Below, piece by piece: positions 7,207-16,757 of a stretch of 64,000 nucleotides of DNA. Origin of the DNA: Candidatus Methylomirabilis tolerans (lineage in GTDB: Bacteria; Methylomirabilota; Methylomirabilia; Methylomirabilales; Methylomirabilaceae); NCBI GenBank assembly GCA_019912425.1, contig JAIOIU010000102.1, forward strand, positions 37,655 to 101,654. Reading direction: 5' to 3'. Within the stretch, counting starts at the first letter, position 1. The number at the start of each line of letters is the position of its first letter. The notes below the pieces were generated by a model, which did no database searches, was not told the origin of the DNA, and saw only the letters and a list, made by a program, of their open reading frames with translations. A program made the position numbers and the translations under genes.

Positions 7207-9459
7207 CTAGAGTGAAAGTGCGGGCTCCGGGTTGCCGGCCTGAGCATTATCCGCAGACAGGCCCTTTTGCAGTCGAGCCACGAGGCCCGTGTAGCGAAGC
7301 TGGATCTTCTGGTTTTTCACGGCGATGGCGATTGCCTTCTTGGTTCCTACCAGGACGACCAGGCGCTTGCCTCGCGTAATGGCGGTGTAGAGGAGGTTTC
7401 GCTGAAGCATAACGTAATGCGCGGTGTGAACCGGGATGATGACCACCGGATATTCGCTGCCCTGGCTCTTGTGGATCGTGACGGCATAGGCAAGCGCCAA
7501 CTCATCCAGCTCGTTGAAGTCGTAGGTGACGTGGCGGTCGTCAAACCGAACGGTAACTTCGCGGTCCTCCAGGTCGAGCGCGACGATCCGCCCGATGTCC
7601 CCGTTATAGACGTCCTTGTCGTAGTTGTTCCTGATCTGCATCACGCGGTCTCCCAGCCGATAGAGGCGACCGGCGCGAAGCAGTTCCGGCCCTGACGGGT
7701 TCAGGAGCGCCTGCAACGCCTGATTCAGTTGCATGGCGCCGATCGGTCCTTTCTGCATCGGGCTCAGAATCTGCAACTCCTCCATCGGGTCTACGCGATG
7801 CCGTGTCGGCAGCCCCCGCGCCGCCAGCTCCAGGATCGCCGCCTGGACCTCCAGCGCCTCTTGTTTGGCGAGCAGGTAACAGTCACCGTGCTCCTGAGCC
7901 TCCCAATCAGTGCAGAACGGCATCTCCCCCCGATTGATCCGGTGGGCATTGACCACAATCTGGCTCTCCCTGGCCTGCCGGAAGATCTCGGATAGTCGGA
8001 TGACCTGCACAAAACCCGACGCAATGATGTCGCGCAGCACCGCGCCCGGCCCGACCGAGGGGAGCTGGTCCACGTCACCCACCAGAATCAGACCGGCAGC
8101 CGGCGGGATGGCCTTCAGGAGGGAGTTCATCAGCACGATATCGATCATCGAGGCCTCATCCACGATCACCAGATCGGCCTCCAGCGGTCTGTGCTGGTCT
8201 CGCTTGAATCGACCATCCTTGGGGCTGAACTCCAGGAGGCGGTGGATGGTCTTGGCCTCCCGACCCGTAGCCTCGCTCATCCGCTTCGCCGCCCGCCCCG
8301 TGGGAGAGCAAAGGAGCATCCGGCGATGTTTCTTGTCCAGGATCTGCAGAATGCATCTCAAGATGGTCGTCTTACCGGTACCGGGACCGCCGGTGATGAC
8401 CAGCAGCTTGCGTATGAGGGCCTCACGGATCGCCTCTTTCTGTTGCTCCGCCAAGTGCAGCCTATTCGTCTGCTCCGCCCAGAGAATGGCGCGTTCGATG
8501 TCGATGTCCGCGGGGAGCTCGCCGCCTTCAGCCAGGGCCTGCAGCCGCCTGGCGACCCCTTCTTCCGCCGCATACAGCGAGGCAAGGTAGGCCGCCACTC
8601 CTTGCGGCTCTGGCTCATCCATCTGCGTGCGGTCACGCACAGGCAGGCAGATGACCTGCTCTTCGTGTCGAAGCCGCTCAACCGCCTGAGTTACCAGATC
8701 CTCGTCCACCTCTAAAATACCGGCGCTTGCTTTCGTCAGGTCACCGATCGGGTAGTACACATGGCCTTCACCGGCCAGCTCATTCAGGACATAGATGACG
8801 CCGGCCTCTACCCGCAGCGGCGAATGCTTCTCGATCCCGATCGCCTGGGCGATCCGGTCGGCGGTCTTGAAGCCGATTCCGTAAATATCCTTGGCCAGCC
8901 GGTAGGGATTCTCCTGGACGATGGCGATCGAGGATTTTCCGTAGGTCTTGAAGATCTTGGCGGCATAGGCGGAGGACACGCCATGGCCCTGCAGGAAGAT
9001 CATGACCTCCCGGATCTCTTTCTGCTCCTCCCAGGCGGTCCGAATTCGCTGAAGTCTGACCTCGCCGATCCCATCGACCGTGAGCAGGCGGGAAGGCTCC
9101 TCCTCGATGAGGCGCAGGGTGTCGATGCCGAAGACCTCCACCAGTCTTTTGGCGAAGATCGGGCCGATCCCCTTGATGAGGCCGGAGCCCAGATACTTCT
9201 CGATACCGGTGAGCGTGGCGGGGGAGATGGTTTCGAAGGCTTCGACCTTAAACTGTTCGCCGTATCGGTTGTGCTGGACCCACTCGCCGGTCAGCTTGAG
9301 GGTTTCGCCCGGCGTGACGGTCGGCAGGTTCCCCACAATGGTGGCCAGGTCGCGCCGCCCGGAGACCTGGAGCCTGGCCACCACATAGTGGTTCTCTTCG
9401 TTGACGTACGTGATTCGCTCCAGCGTTCCCTGGAGCGTGTCGTATGATCGCGCAGGCAT
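7207..9459 (-). CDS. recD2: RecD2-type SF1 ATP-dependent DNA helicase
   Basis: 750 aa. N-terminal OB/HhH region. Walker A VITGGPGTGKTT. LVGDVDQLPSVGPG. C-terminal AYAVTIHKSQGSEYP. Confidence 0.9.
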   Translation of the reverse strand: MPARSYDTLQGTLERITYVNEENHYVVARLQVSGRRDLATIVGNLPTVTPGETLKLTGEWVQHNRYGEQFKVEAFETISPATLTGIEKYLGSGLIKGIGPIFAKRLVEVFGIDTLRLIEEEPSRLLTVDGIGEVRLQRIRTAWEEQKEIREVMIFLQGHGVSSAYAAKIFKTYGKSSIAIVQENPYRLAKDIYGIGFKTADRIAQAIGIEKHSPLRVEAGVIYVLNELAGEGHVYYPIGDLTKASAGILEVDEDLVTQAVERLRHEEQVICLPVRDRTQMDEPEPQGVAAYLASLYAAEEGVARRLQALAEGGELPADIDIERAILWAEQTNRLHLAEQQKEAIREALIRKLLVITGGPGTGKTTILRCILQILDKKHRRMLLCSPTGRAAKRMSEATGREAKTIHRLLEFSPKDGRFKRDQHRPLEADLVIVDEASMIDIVLMNSLLKAIPPAAGLILVGDVDQLPSVGPGAVLRDIIASGFVQVIRLSEIFRQARESQIVVNAHRINRGEMPFCTDWEAQEHGDCYLLAKQEALEVQAAILELAARGLPTRHRVDPMEELQILSPMQKGPIGAMQLNQALQALLNPSGPELLRAGRLYRLGDRVMQIRNNYDKDVYNGDIGRIVALDLEDREVTVRFDDRHVTYDFNELDELALAYAVTIHKSQGSEYPVVIIPVHTAHYVMLQRNLLYTAITRGKRLVVLVGTKKAIAIAVKNQKIQLRYTGLVARLQKGLSADNAQAGNPEPALSL

Positions 9460-9484
9460 CTTGGCGCCACTCCGACCTGAGAGT

Positions 9485-9688
9485 TTAGCCTGTCGCCTCC
9501 TCGTACCAGGCCATCTGCACCGCCTCCAACTTGGCTTCCGAGAAGCCGTTGGGATCGTCGTCGAAGTCCGGGAGTTCAGTAATCCACTTGTGCAGAGTGG
9601 TGAACGGGACCTCCAGGGGATCCTGCTCAGGATGCGACTGAATTAGGGCCGCCGCGATCTCGTACGTGTCGTCCCAGAACAGGCTCAT
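9485..9688 (-). CDS. iscX: Fe-S assembly accessory protein IscX (YfhJ)
   Basis: 67 aa: MSLFWDDTYEIAAAL...FTTLHKWITELPDFDDDPNGFSEAKLEAVQMAWYEE. Closely parallels E. coli IscX (..FTDMHQWICDLEDFDDDPQ..) as I remember it. Confidence 0.8.
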   Translation of the reverse strand: MSLFWDDTYEIAAALIQSHPEQDPLEVPFTTLHKWITELPDFDDDPNGFSEAKLEAVQMAWYEEATG

Positions 9689-9704
9689 CTTCCTCAGCCT
9701 ACCT

Positions 9705-10307
9705 CTATAGGGTTACTTTCGGGGCGTTGGTGTACCGCGCCGTCACAGCCGACCAGTCGATAGCTCGAAAGAAGGTCTCGATGTAATCGGCTCGCTTCAG
9801 CCCATAGTCAATCATAAACGCATGTTCAAACACATCCATAATCAGCAACGGGACGCCTCCGGACAGGTGCCCGGTGTCATGTTCACCGATCCAGGCATTG
9901 CACATTCGATTGGCGACCGGGTCCAGGTATACGACCACCCAGCCGATCCCCCGCATGGCTCCCGATCCCTTGAAGTCCTTCTGCCAATTGTCGTATGAGC
10001 CGAAGTCTGCTGTAAGTTTCTGACAGAGCTCTGAGGCCGGATCCAAGCCCCTCCCGCCTTTCACCATATTCCCAAAATAGTACTCATGCAAGCGCATTCC
10101 GTTAAATTCCCAGCCAAATCGCCGCTTCAACTCCGCGTATTCCGGCGCGGCAGTCTTCCCGTCTTTCAGCATCTGACACAGCGCGTCGGCCAGTTTATTG
10201 GTATTGGCGACATACCCCTGGTAGAGCGTAAAATGATTTTTCATGAGCGGATCGCTCAATCCCTCGATTCCCAGCAACTGCTCGTAATTTCTTGCCTCGT
10301 AAGCCAT
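9705..10307 (-). CDS. Fe/Mn superoxide dismutase family protein (divergent N-terminal domain)
   Basis: Start moved to ATG 10307 (MAYEARNY), preceded by GGAGGAG. C-terminal DVFEHAFMIDY...DYIETFFRAIDW is the SOD signature. N-terminal NHFTLYQGYV replaces the canonical HHxKHHxxYV. Confidence 0.75.
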   Translation of the reverse strand: MAYEARNYEQLLGIEGLSDPLMKNHFTLYQGYVANTNKLADALCQMLKDGKTAAPEYAELKRRFGWEFNGMRLHEYYFGNMVKGGRGLDPASELCQKLTADFGSYDNWQKDFKGSGAMRGIGWVVVYLDPVANRMCNAWIGEHDTGHLSGGVPLLIMDVFEHAFMIDYGLKRADYIETFFRAIDWSAVTARYTNAPKVTL

Positions 10308-10337
10308 TGGTTGCTCCTCCTCTGACAAACCGATAAG

Positions 10338-10412
10338 GGTTGACCCGAAATCCAGTGCCTTTGTAAGCTCCCGCTTCAAGCATGCGGAGACAAGCTTTGC
10401 GGGAATGACGTT
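10338..10412. repeat. degenerate copy of the IPAKAGIQ/RGND-class element
   Basis: ttgacccgaaatccagtgccttt...ctttgcgggaatgacgttcgtt shares both arms and the flanking gacgttcgtt with the 2790-2860 copy. Confidence 0.55.
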
Positions 10413-10490
10413 CGTTATTGCGACTGACGACGCTATGCACAGCAGGGAGCATAGACACGCATGCTGGGAATGTCAAGATTCAAGGATGAG

Positions 10491-12371
10491 TCAGTCCCGC
10501 GTAGTAGGCGAGCGGGTGATGGAGGGCGCAGGCGAAGTGCCGCCCGTGGAGGTGGCTTCATGCTGACGGATGCAGGCCAGAAAGCATTGGCCGAGATCCT
10601 GGAGTTTGCGCTGGCCGACCCCCTTGATCTGCAGGAAGGCGTCCTCGGTGGTGGGGCGTTCTCGTGCCATCTCACGCAGGCTGGCGTCACTGAAGATGAG
10701 GTAGGGTGGGATGCCCCGCTCTTGGGCCATGGTCCGACGGAGGACGCGGAGCGTCTCGAACAGGTCCTCATCGTTCGTTCGTCCCAGGCCCGGCGACACG
10801 GCCCGGCGCGCGAGCCTGGACGGCGCCTCGCGCGAGGGTCTGCCGACCGTCCGAAGAAGCGGCGCTGCATCTTCTCCCCGAAGGACCCGATGACCCTGTG
10901 CAGTTACGTCGAGCGTCGGGTACTCGCCCTCGCCACGCGCCAGATATCCCTGTCCCTCGAGTTGCTCAATCCAGTTCCGCACCGTCGCCTTCGGGTACTG
11001 TCGCAGCACGCCGTAGGTATCCAGCCGACTGTGACGCATCCTCGCGATCCGGGCGGTTTCGGCCCCACGCAGGACGTCCGTCACGTAGTCGGCGCCGAAT
11101 CGCTCTCCCATCTCTGTAACGCAGGCGAGGATCTGTTGCGCCAGCGTCGCCGAGCCGTCCTCAACGGCCACCTCGCCGAGGCAGATGTCGCAGGCCCCGC
11201 ACGTGTCCGTGCGGTATGCCTGGCCGAAGTAGTTCACGAGAAAGCGGTGCCGACAGGCGGCGCCCTGGCAGTAGTTGTACATCTCACTGAGCTTCGGCAG
11301 GGCGCCCGGCGCCGGCAGCCCCTCTGCCATCAGGATGGACCGCCACAGGCCGAAGTCGCCGCCGGCGTAGAGCAGCAGGCACTCCGACGGCAGACCGTCG
11401 CGCCCGGCCCGGCCCGCCTCCTGCTGGTAGTGCTCGATGGACTTGGGCATTCCGGCGTGGATGACGTAGCGCACGTCGGACCGGTCAATGCCCATCCCGA
11501 ACGCCACCGTGGCCACCACGACATCCGCCCGTTCCGCAATGAAGTCGTCCTGAGCGCGCCGTCGTTCGGCGTCGGCCAACCCGGCGTGATACGCCACTGC
11601 CCGATATCCCCGCCGTCGCAACGCATCGGTGAGCTGGTCCACCTCTGCCCGGCGGATGCAGTAGATGATCCCGGCCGTTCCCCGGTGCCGCTCCAATGCT
11701 TCCGTGACCTGTTGTAACCGATCCGTGCGCCGGCGCACCCGGTAGACCAGATTTGGACGGTCGAAGCTCCCAACCAGTATTTCGGGTTCCCGCAGCGCCA
11801 ACTCCGTGACGATGTCCGCCCGAACCCGCGGCGTGGCCGTGGCGGTGAAGGCATGGATGGCTACGTCCGGAAAGGCCTCTCGCACCGCCTTAAGCTGCCG
11901 ATACTCCGGCCGGAAGTCGTGCCCCCACTGGCTGATACAGTGCGCCTCGTCGATCGCGAAGAATGCCACTCCGGCTTGCTTCAGCAACCTCAGGCAGGGA
12001 GGAAGCATCAGCCGCTCGGGGGCCACGTACAGGAGGTGATACCGCCCGTTGGCCACGTTTCCTTCCACCAGCCGTCGCTCGTTTGGCGTCAGGCTGCTGT
12101 TCAGGAAGGCGGCCGGCACCCCGGCGGTCGTGAGTCCGTCCACCTGGTCCTTCATGAGGGCGATGAGGGGCGACACCACCACGGCCAGCTTCCCCAACGC
12201 CGCCGCCGGCGCCTGATAGCAGAGCGACTTTCCGCCTCCCGTCGGTAGGATGACGATAGAATCCCGCCGCGCCAGCACGGCCCCTATGGCCTCTTCCTGC
12301 AATGGGAGGAGCGCGTCGTAGCCCCACACACGCTTTACGGTGTGCCTGATGTTCTCCACCCGTTCCCCCAC
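10491..12371 (-). CDS. recQ: ATP-dependent DNA helicase RecQ
   Basis: 626 aa. LPTGGGKSLCYQ, DEAHCISQWGHDFRPEY, zinc-binding CRH..C..CDIC region, C-terminal HRDC-like IFSDASLREMA. Confidence 0.92.
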   Translation of the reverse strand: MGERVENIRHTVKRVWGYDALLPLQEEAIGAVLARRDSIVILPTGGGKSLCYQAPAAALGKLAVVVSPLIALMKDQVDGLTTAGVPAAFLNSSLTPNERRLVEGNVANGRYHLLYVAPERLMLPPCLRLLKQAGVAFFAIDEAHCISQWGHDFRPEYRQLKAVREAFPDVAIHAFTATATPRVRADIVTELALREPEILVGSFDRPNLVYRVRRRTDRLQQVTEALERHRGTAGIIYCIRRAEVDQLTDALRRRGYRAVAYHAGLADAERRRAQDDFIAERADVVVATVAFGMGIDRSDVRYVIHAGMPKSIEHYQQEAGRAGRDGLPSECLLLYAGGDFGLWRSILMAEGLPAPGALPKLSEMYNYCQGAACRHRFLVNYFGQAYRTDTCGACDICLGEVAVEDGSATLAQQILACVTEMGERFGADYVTDVLRGAETARIARMRHSRLDTYGVLRQYPKATVRNWIEQLEGQGYLARGEGEYPTLDVTAQGHRVLRGEDAAPLLRTVGRPSREAPSRLARRAVSPGLGRTNDEDLFETLRVLRRTMAQERGIPPYLIFSDASLREMARERPTTEDAFLQIKGVGQRKLQDLGQCFLACIRQHEATSTGGTSPAPSITRSPTTRD

Positions 12372-12663
12372 TCCTTGCCTTCAACCGGGAGACCGCGACC
12401 CGGTAACCACCTGAAACGTTCAGGACACTTATTCAACGAGCACCAAGGCCAATTATACGGAGGTTCAGTATCTTATACCAAAATCCTTTTTATGATGACA
12501 GGCCGCTGAGCGGATTGCGCTGTCAATCCATCCTTGGGGGGGCGCTTCAGGTTGACGTGATGGGGCCTTTGTGTCTACCATAAAGGTGGTCCTGCTTTGG
12601 CATGGACCGGAGACGCAAACCAATATGGGTGCAGAGCCCTACAGGAAGGACAGGAAGGAACAG

Positions 12664-13287
12664 ATGCTTACAATCACTGAATCGGCGCAAAAGAAGCTTC
12701 GCGCAATTATAGAGGCCGAGGGGAAACCAGGTCTAGGGCTGCGTGTGGCGGTTGTTGGGGAAGGTCCTGCACGTGTCCGGTATGAGCTGGCGTTTGCGAC
12801 AGAGGAGAACAAGGAGGCCGGGGACACCGTGATCGATATTGACGGCCTCATGGTGTACGTCGATGCGGAGAGCGCGCCCAAACTCCAGGGCGCCACGGTA
12901 GACTTCGTCGAGGGGGTCCACGAAAGCGGCTTTAAGATCGACAATCCGAACGTCGGATGGAAGGACCCGATAGCGGCGGCCGTTCAACGGGTGATAGACA
13001 CTCGGGTTAATCCGGGCGTGGCGGCGCACGGCGGATCCGTGACGCTCCTTGATGTCAAGGATGGTATCGCCTACATCACCTTCGGCGGTGGGTGCCACGG
13101 CTGCGGAATGGCCGACGTGACACTGAAGCAGGGGGTCGCTGTGGCGATCCGGGAGGCGGTTCCAGAGATCCGCCAAGTCCTCGACACGACCGACCATGCG
13201 GGCGGCACCAACCCGTACTACAAGGCGTCTACCCGAGGAGCTCCCCCCTGGTCTGACGAGCAGATCGATCCATTCAAAGACTACTAA
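12664..13287 (+). CDS. NfuA-like Fe-S biogenesis protein (IscA-like N-domain plus Nfu C-domain)
   Basis: ATG 12664 inside ORF 12571..13287, preceded by aggaaggacaggaagg. MLTITESAQKKLRAII...VDF; the Nfu domain carries the GGGCHGCGMA CxxC. Confidence 0.75.
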   Translation: MLTITESAQKKLRAIIEAEGKPGLGLRVAVVGEGPARVRYELAFATEENKEAGDTVIDIDGLMVYVDAESAPKLQGATVDFVEGVHESGFKIDNPNVGWKDPIAAAVQRVIDTRVNPGVAAHGGSVTLLDVKDGIAYITFGGGCHGCGMADVTLKQGVAVAIREAVPEIRQVLDTTDHAGGTNPYYKASTRGAPPWSDEQIDPFKDY

Positions 13288-13527
13288 CCGGGTTTACCCG
13301 GCGTGGTGTATCTGACGCCTCTTGACCTTGATTTCGAGGCCGTCACGGCTTTGCACACTTGTCCGTTCTCTTCGAAACTACAGGTCTACCCAATTTGCCC
13401 GATTTGACCTCTCCGGTTGACAAGTCCAATATTTTAGAATAGGTTGCCTCCAAGCCAACTCCCCTTTTCCCCAGGATTCCGGCGGAAACGATAGAGCAGG
13501 TCACAGACGGACAAGGAAGCTGAGCCG

Positions 13528-13848
13528 ATGAAGACCGATATCAAGACGCTCATGGCAGAGCTAAAGGAAGGGCTGCAGGCGCTCTACGGCGATCGCCTGA
13601 AGGGCCTGTATCTGTTCGGCTCCTATGCTCGCCATGAGGCTGATGAAGAGTCTGATGTGGACGTACTGGTCGTCCTGGATCGCGTAGACAACTATTCCCA
13701 GGAAATCGACCGGACCGGCCAAATGGTTTCGGTCCTCTCCTTGGAGCACGGGGTCACTATCAGCCGGGTCTTCGCGACTGAGCAGCGGTGGTTAGAAGAT
13801 CAGACGATGTTCTTCTTGAATGTCCGGGAAGAGGCCGTCCCGGTATGA
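13528..13848 (+). CDS. nucleotidyltransferase-domain protein (MNT-type antitoxin)
   Basis: 106 aa. LFGSYARHEADEESDVDVLVV is the NTase G-S-x..D-x-D signature. Stop overlaps the next ATG (ATGA 13845-13848). Confidence 0.8.
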   Translation: MKTDIKTLMAELKEGLQALYGDRLKGLYLFGSYARHEADEESDVDVLVVLDRVDNYSQEIDRTGQMVSVLSLEHGVTISRVFATEQRWLEDQTMFFLNVREEAVPV

Positions 13849-14228
13849 AGGAAGAGGCCCGGACACTCCTTGAGAAGGGTTACCGCGCCTTGCACGCTGC
13901 GGAGACGCTTCTTCGCGATGACGATTACGAATTTGCGGCTGGTCGAGCCTATTATGCAATGTTGCACGCGGCTCAGGCTTTGCTGCGAGAGCATGACCTG
14001 AGGTATCGCAAACACACGAGCGTACACGCAGCATTCGGGCAGCACTTTGCCAAGACTGGCCGACTCGATCCAAAATTTCACGGTTGGCTGCTGGATGCCT
14101 TTGATGATCGGACCCGTGGTGACTACGATGCCGATGTTTCGTTCGATCGGGAGTCCATCGCAATGCGGATCGAGCAGGCCAGAGAGTTTCTGGCAATCGC
14201 CAGGCAGTGCCTGGAAAGAAGCGCATAA
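13845..14228 (+). CDS. HEPN-domain protein (toxin partner of the MNT)
   Basis: ATG 13845 inside ORF 13788..14228. MKEEARTLLEKGYRALHAAETLL...AYYAMLHAAQALL...RTRGDYD (R-x4-6-H-like HEPN core). Confidence 0.75.
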   Translation: MKEEARTLLEKGYRALHAAETLLRDDDYEFAAGRAYYAMLHAAQALLREHDLRYRKHTSVHAAFGQHFAKTGRLDPKFHGWLLDAFDDRTRGDYDADVSFDRESIAMRIEQAREFLAIARQCLERSA

Positions 14229-14260
14229 CCGGCGACCGCAAGTTGATCGAAGACTTCTTG

Positions 14261-14968
14261 TTAATTGGGTCGGTCGGCGGTCGAGGCGGCTAGCACCGTT
14301 TTGATGTCGTTCACCATGACCTGTGGCACCAGCGACCCTGCGCTGTAGATGTTGCGCACATTCCCAGCCTGGTCCAGCAGGAAGACCTTGAGGACGTGAC
14401 GGTATCGGCCGGTGAAACGGCCGTTCTCATCGTAGACCTTCACCCGATCCTGCCCGTAACTTTCCAGCACTGTCCGGAGCGCCTGTTCTGAAGGCGCAGT
14501 CAGTAGATGCCACAGCGATGGCTCCGCCCCGAAGACGCGAGCGTACTTAGCAAGCTGTGCAGGCGTATCGCGTTCAGCGTCCAGGCTGATAGTAAGCAGT
14601 ACGGCCTGGTCCTGGAGACCCTCCCGAAGGAGTTGAGCCTGAAGCTCGCGAAGCGCCACGCTCGCCAGGGGGCAGCCAAGCCGGTCGGAGCAGGCGGTAT
14701 AGATGAAGCTCACGACCGCCACCTTGCCGCGCATGAGGGACGCGGTACTGACGCGGCGGCCGGCGGTATCGATCAGGACGACTGGCGAGACGCGCCTGAT
14801 GACCGGCAGGTCATAGGTTCCGGCGGCTGGTGGGATAAACTTGGGCGAGAACACGCCCTGAATATAGGTCTCCTCCCATTCAGGGATCTCGTGGGCATTG
14901 GCCATCGGGAAGGCCGGCGTGAAAAGGCTCAACGTCATCAATGCGCCGACCGGGACGATGGGGCGCAT
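14261..14968 (-). CDS. SCO1/SenC-family thioredoxin-fold copper chaperone
   Basis: ORF 14261..15004; start probably ATG 14968 (MRPIVPV..), abutting the upstream stop. VAVVSFIYTACSDRLGCP (CxxxC-type site), ISLDAERDTP, a conserved His in RYRHVLKVFLLD. Confidence 0.75.
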   Translation of the reverse strand: MRPIVPVGALMTLSLFTPAFPMANAHEIPEWEETYIQGVFSPKFIPPAAGTYDLPVIRRVSPVVLIDTAGRRVSTASLMRGKVAVVSFIYTACSDRLGCPLASVALRELQAQLLREGLQDQAVLLTISLDAERDTPAQLAKYARVFGAEPSLWHLLTAPSEQALRTVLESYGQDRVKVYDENGRFTGRYRHVLKVFLLDQAGNVRNIYSAGSLVPQVMVNDIKTVLAASTADRPN

Positions 14969-14969
14969 G

Positions 14970-16220
14970 CTACTCACCCTTGGTACGCAGCCCTTTGCTC
15001 CCAAAGTTCATGAGGTGAGCCCGGCCCACCGCGTTGAAGTCCGTGGTGAACTTGTGGGCGAGCTTCCCGTTCTCCCACGCATAGGCCTTTAGCCAGTAGT
15101 CCCCCGGCTTATCCCATTTCGAGAGGAGTGAGTTGGTGACGTAGAGGCGCGTGCCGTCCCACGATTCGGATACCATATTCGCCATCTCGCCCACCTTTAC
15201 CTGCTCGATCAGCTTGGCCTCAAAGGGATTGGAGATGTCGTAGACGCGAAGCATGCCATCCATAAATGAGGCCACGTAAAGCTTGCTGTCATCCGGGGCG
15301 ATGCTGATATCGACGGGGAGCGTGTTACCGAGATCGGCGATCACCTTGGTCGCCCAGGTGCCGTCCGCTTGCTGGTGGATCAGGACAAGTCGATGGCCGA
15401 GAGCCGTTGCTGTAAAGGCGTAGTGGTGGTTCGGCATGAGCGCCCAGCGCAGTTCCAGCGGCGCGCCGGGGACTTGCAGGACCTGCAGCGGCTTTCGGGC
15501 ATGGAAGTCCCACACGACGACCGTATCGCCGAACTCCTTCATCGCCTCCGCATCTTTAATCAACTCGCCGAGCGGCCGCATGTAGTTCTTCTTCCCGGTA
15601 AATGAGGAGGTGAGCATGCGGTTCAGATTAATGTTGACCCGCACGTCATAGCCATAGGGCGCCTCCTTCGGCATCCAGATCGTGCGAATGAAACGCCCTT
15701 CGTTGGAGTACTCCGCCAGCCCTGTCCTGCCTGAGCTGTCGTTCGCGTTCGAGAGTGCTGTGATCAACATCCGTCCCGGCAGGGCATAGAAGGTGTGGGG
15801 ACCGACCAGACCGCCCGTGTCTTTCACAAAACTTGTAATCGTTTTGACCAGCTTGGGCCTGGCTGGATCTGAGGCAACATCGAAGATGAAGATATAGCTG
15901 TCGTCCAGACCGCCAGCCCACAGATACCGCCGATCGTCGGTAAACCCAGCATGATGGGCCTCATGTTGCCCCGGCACCGGGGCCCGGTGGATGATCTGCC
16001 CGTAGGTCTTGGACTTAGGATGTACGTCGACGGTCACGAGGCTGTCGTTGCCGTCGCCCACCCCCTTAATTCCCAGCGTCCAGACATAGACATAGTCCTC
16101 CTGCCCGGTCACCTTTGGGAGGAACGGTGACTGGCAGGTCTCATCGGCAAAAGCCGTCCCGACCATCAAGGTGATCGCTATCAGCCAGAGCCATCCTACC
16201 GGGCGATGATATGGTCTCAT
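14970..16220 (-). CDS. selenium-binding-protein (SBP56) family protein, methanethiol-oxidase-like, secreted
   Basis: 416 aa. Signal peptide MRPYHRPVGWLWLIAITLMVGTAFA. Beta-propeller-type sequence with HHAGF, GPHTFYALPG, YGYDVR, typical of SBP56. RBS gcagggaggg. Confidence 0.8.
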   Translation of the reverse strand: MRPYHRPVGWLWLIAITLMVGTAFADETCQSPFLPKVTGQEDYVYVWTLGIKGVGDGNDSLVTVDVHPKSKTYGQIIHRAPVPGQHEAHHAGFTDDRRYLWAGGLDDSYIFIFDVASDPARPKLVKTITSFVKDTGGLVGPHTFYALPGRMLITALSNANDSSGRTGLAEYSNEGRFIRTIWMPKEAPYGYDVRVNINLNRMLTSSFTGKKNYMRPLGELIKDAEAMKEFGDTVVVWDFHARKPLQVLQVPGAPLELRWALMPNHHYAFTATALGHRLVLIHQQADGTWATKVIADLGNTLPVDISIAPDDSKLYVASFMDGMLRVYDISNPFEAKLIEQVKVGEMANMVSESWDGTRLYVTNSLLSKWDKPGDYWLKAYAWENGKLAHKFTTDFNAVGRAHLMNFGSKGLRTKGE

Positions 16221-16335
16221 GCTTGTTCCCTCCCTGCATTATCGTTTCTCACGTGCTCAGCAACACAAACGCGTTGCCGAGCCTGTCCGCGCCCATCTCC
16301 TGGCCTTCGGCTCTTTGATATCGTGATCCGCGAGG

Positions 16336-16757
16336 TTATTTCGGTTTCTCCCTTGCTTCGCCGTCCAGCCCTTCCAGTGTCAAGGCGACGAAGGTATTGC
16401 CCAGCGCTGTTGTGACCCGCGTCAGCTCCAGCAGGGCCGCGACGCCGCTGGCATTGTCGTTGGCGCCTGGGGTCGGAAGACGTTGCGCTCACCGAACTCG
16501 CCGGCGAGGTGCTCCACGTGCGTCCGCAGACGTGAAACTGAGATCTGCTGGACGATGTTCACGGACCCCAAGCCTGGTTTCGGCGTGCGCGCCATCCTCT
16601 CATCCGGTGATGCCGGATCACGCTGGGTTCGACGCTGAGACATGCGGGCCCCTTGTTGAGACATTGCGGAATCGGATATCACAATGGCTCCTAAATGGCA
16701 TGCTACCAGAAAGTGCGTCGTTAGACCAGAAACCCGATCCGGATTCAATGGCCACAT
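16336..16757 (-). pseudogene. decayed M28-family aminopeptidase remnant (copy 1)
   Basis: Minus-strand frame 1: ..VSRLRTHVEHLAGEFGERNVFRPQA. After a frameshift: GANDNASGVAALLELTRVTTALGNTFVALTLEGLDGEAREKPK-stop. Only the N-terminus, the DNASG motif and the C-terminal tail survive. Confidence 0.6.

Noticed and set aside
10461-11717. 418-aa plus-strand ORF antisense to recQ, together with similar shadows at 43047..44021 (mfd), 21921..22859 (kdpA), 7910..8590 and 8761..9447 (recD2), 38198..39133 (ctpA), and 53456..54160 (transketolase)
   Set aside because: All are fully nested antisense to genes with strong family motifs, and none shows a motif of its own.
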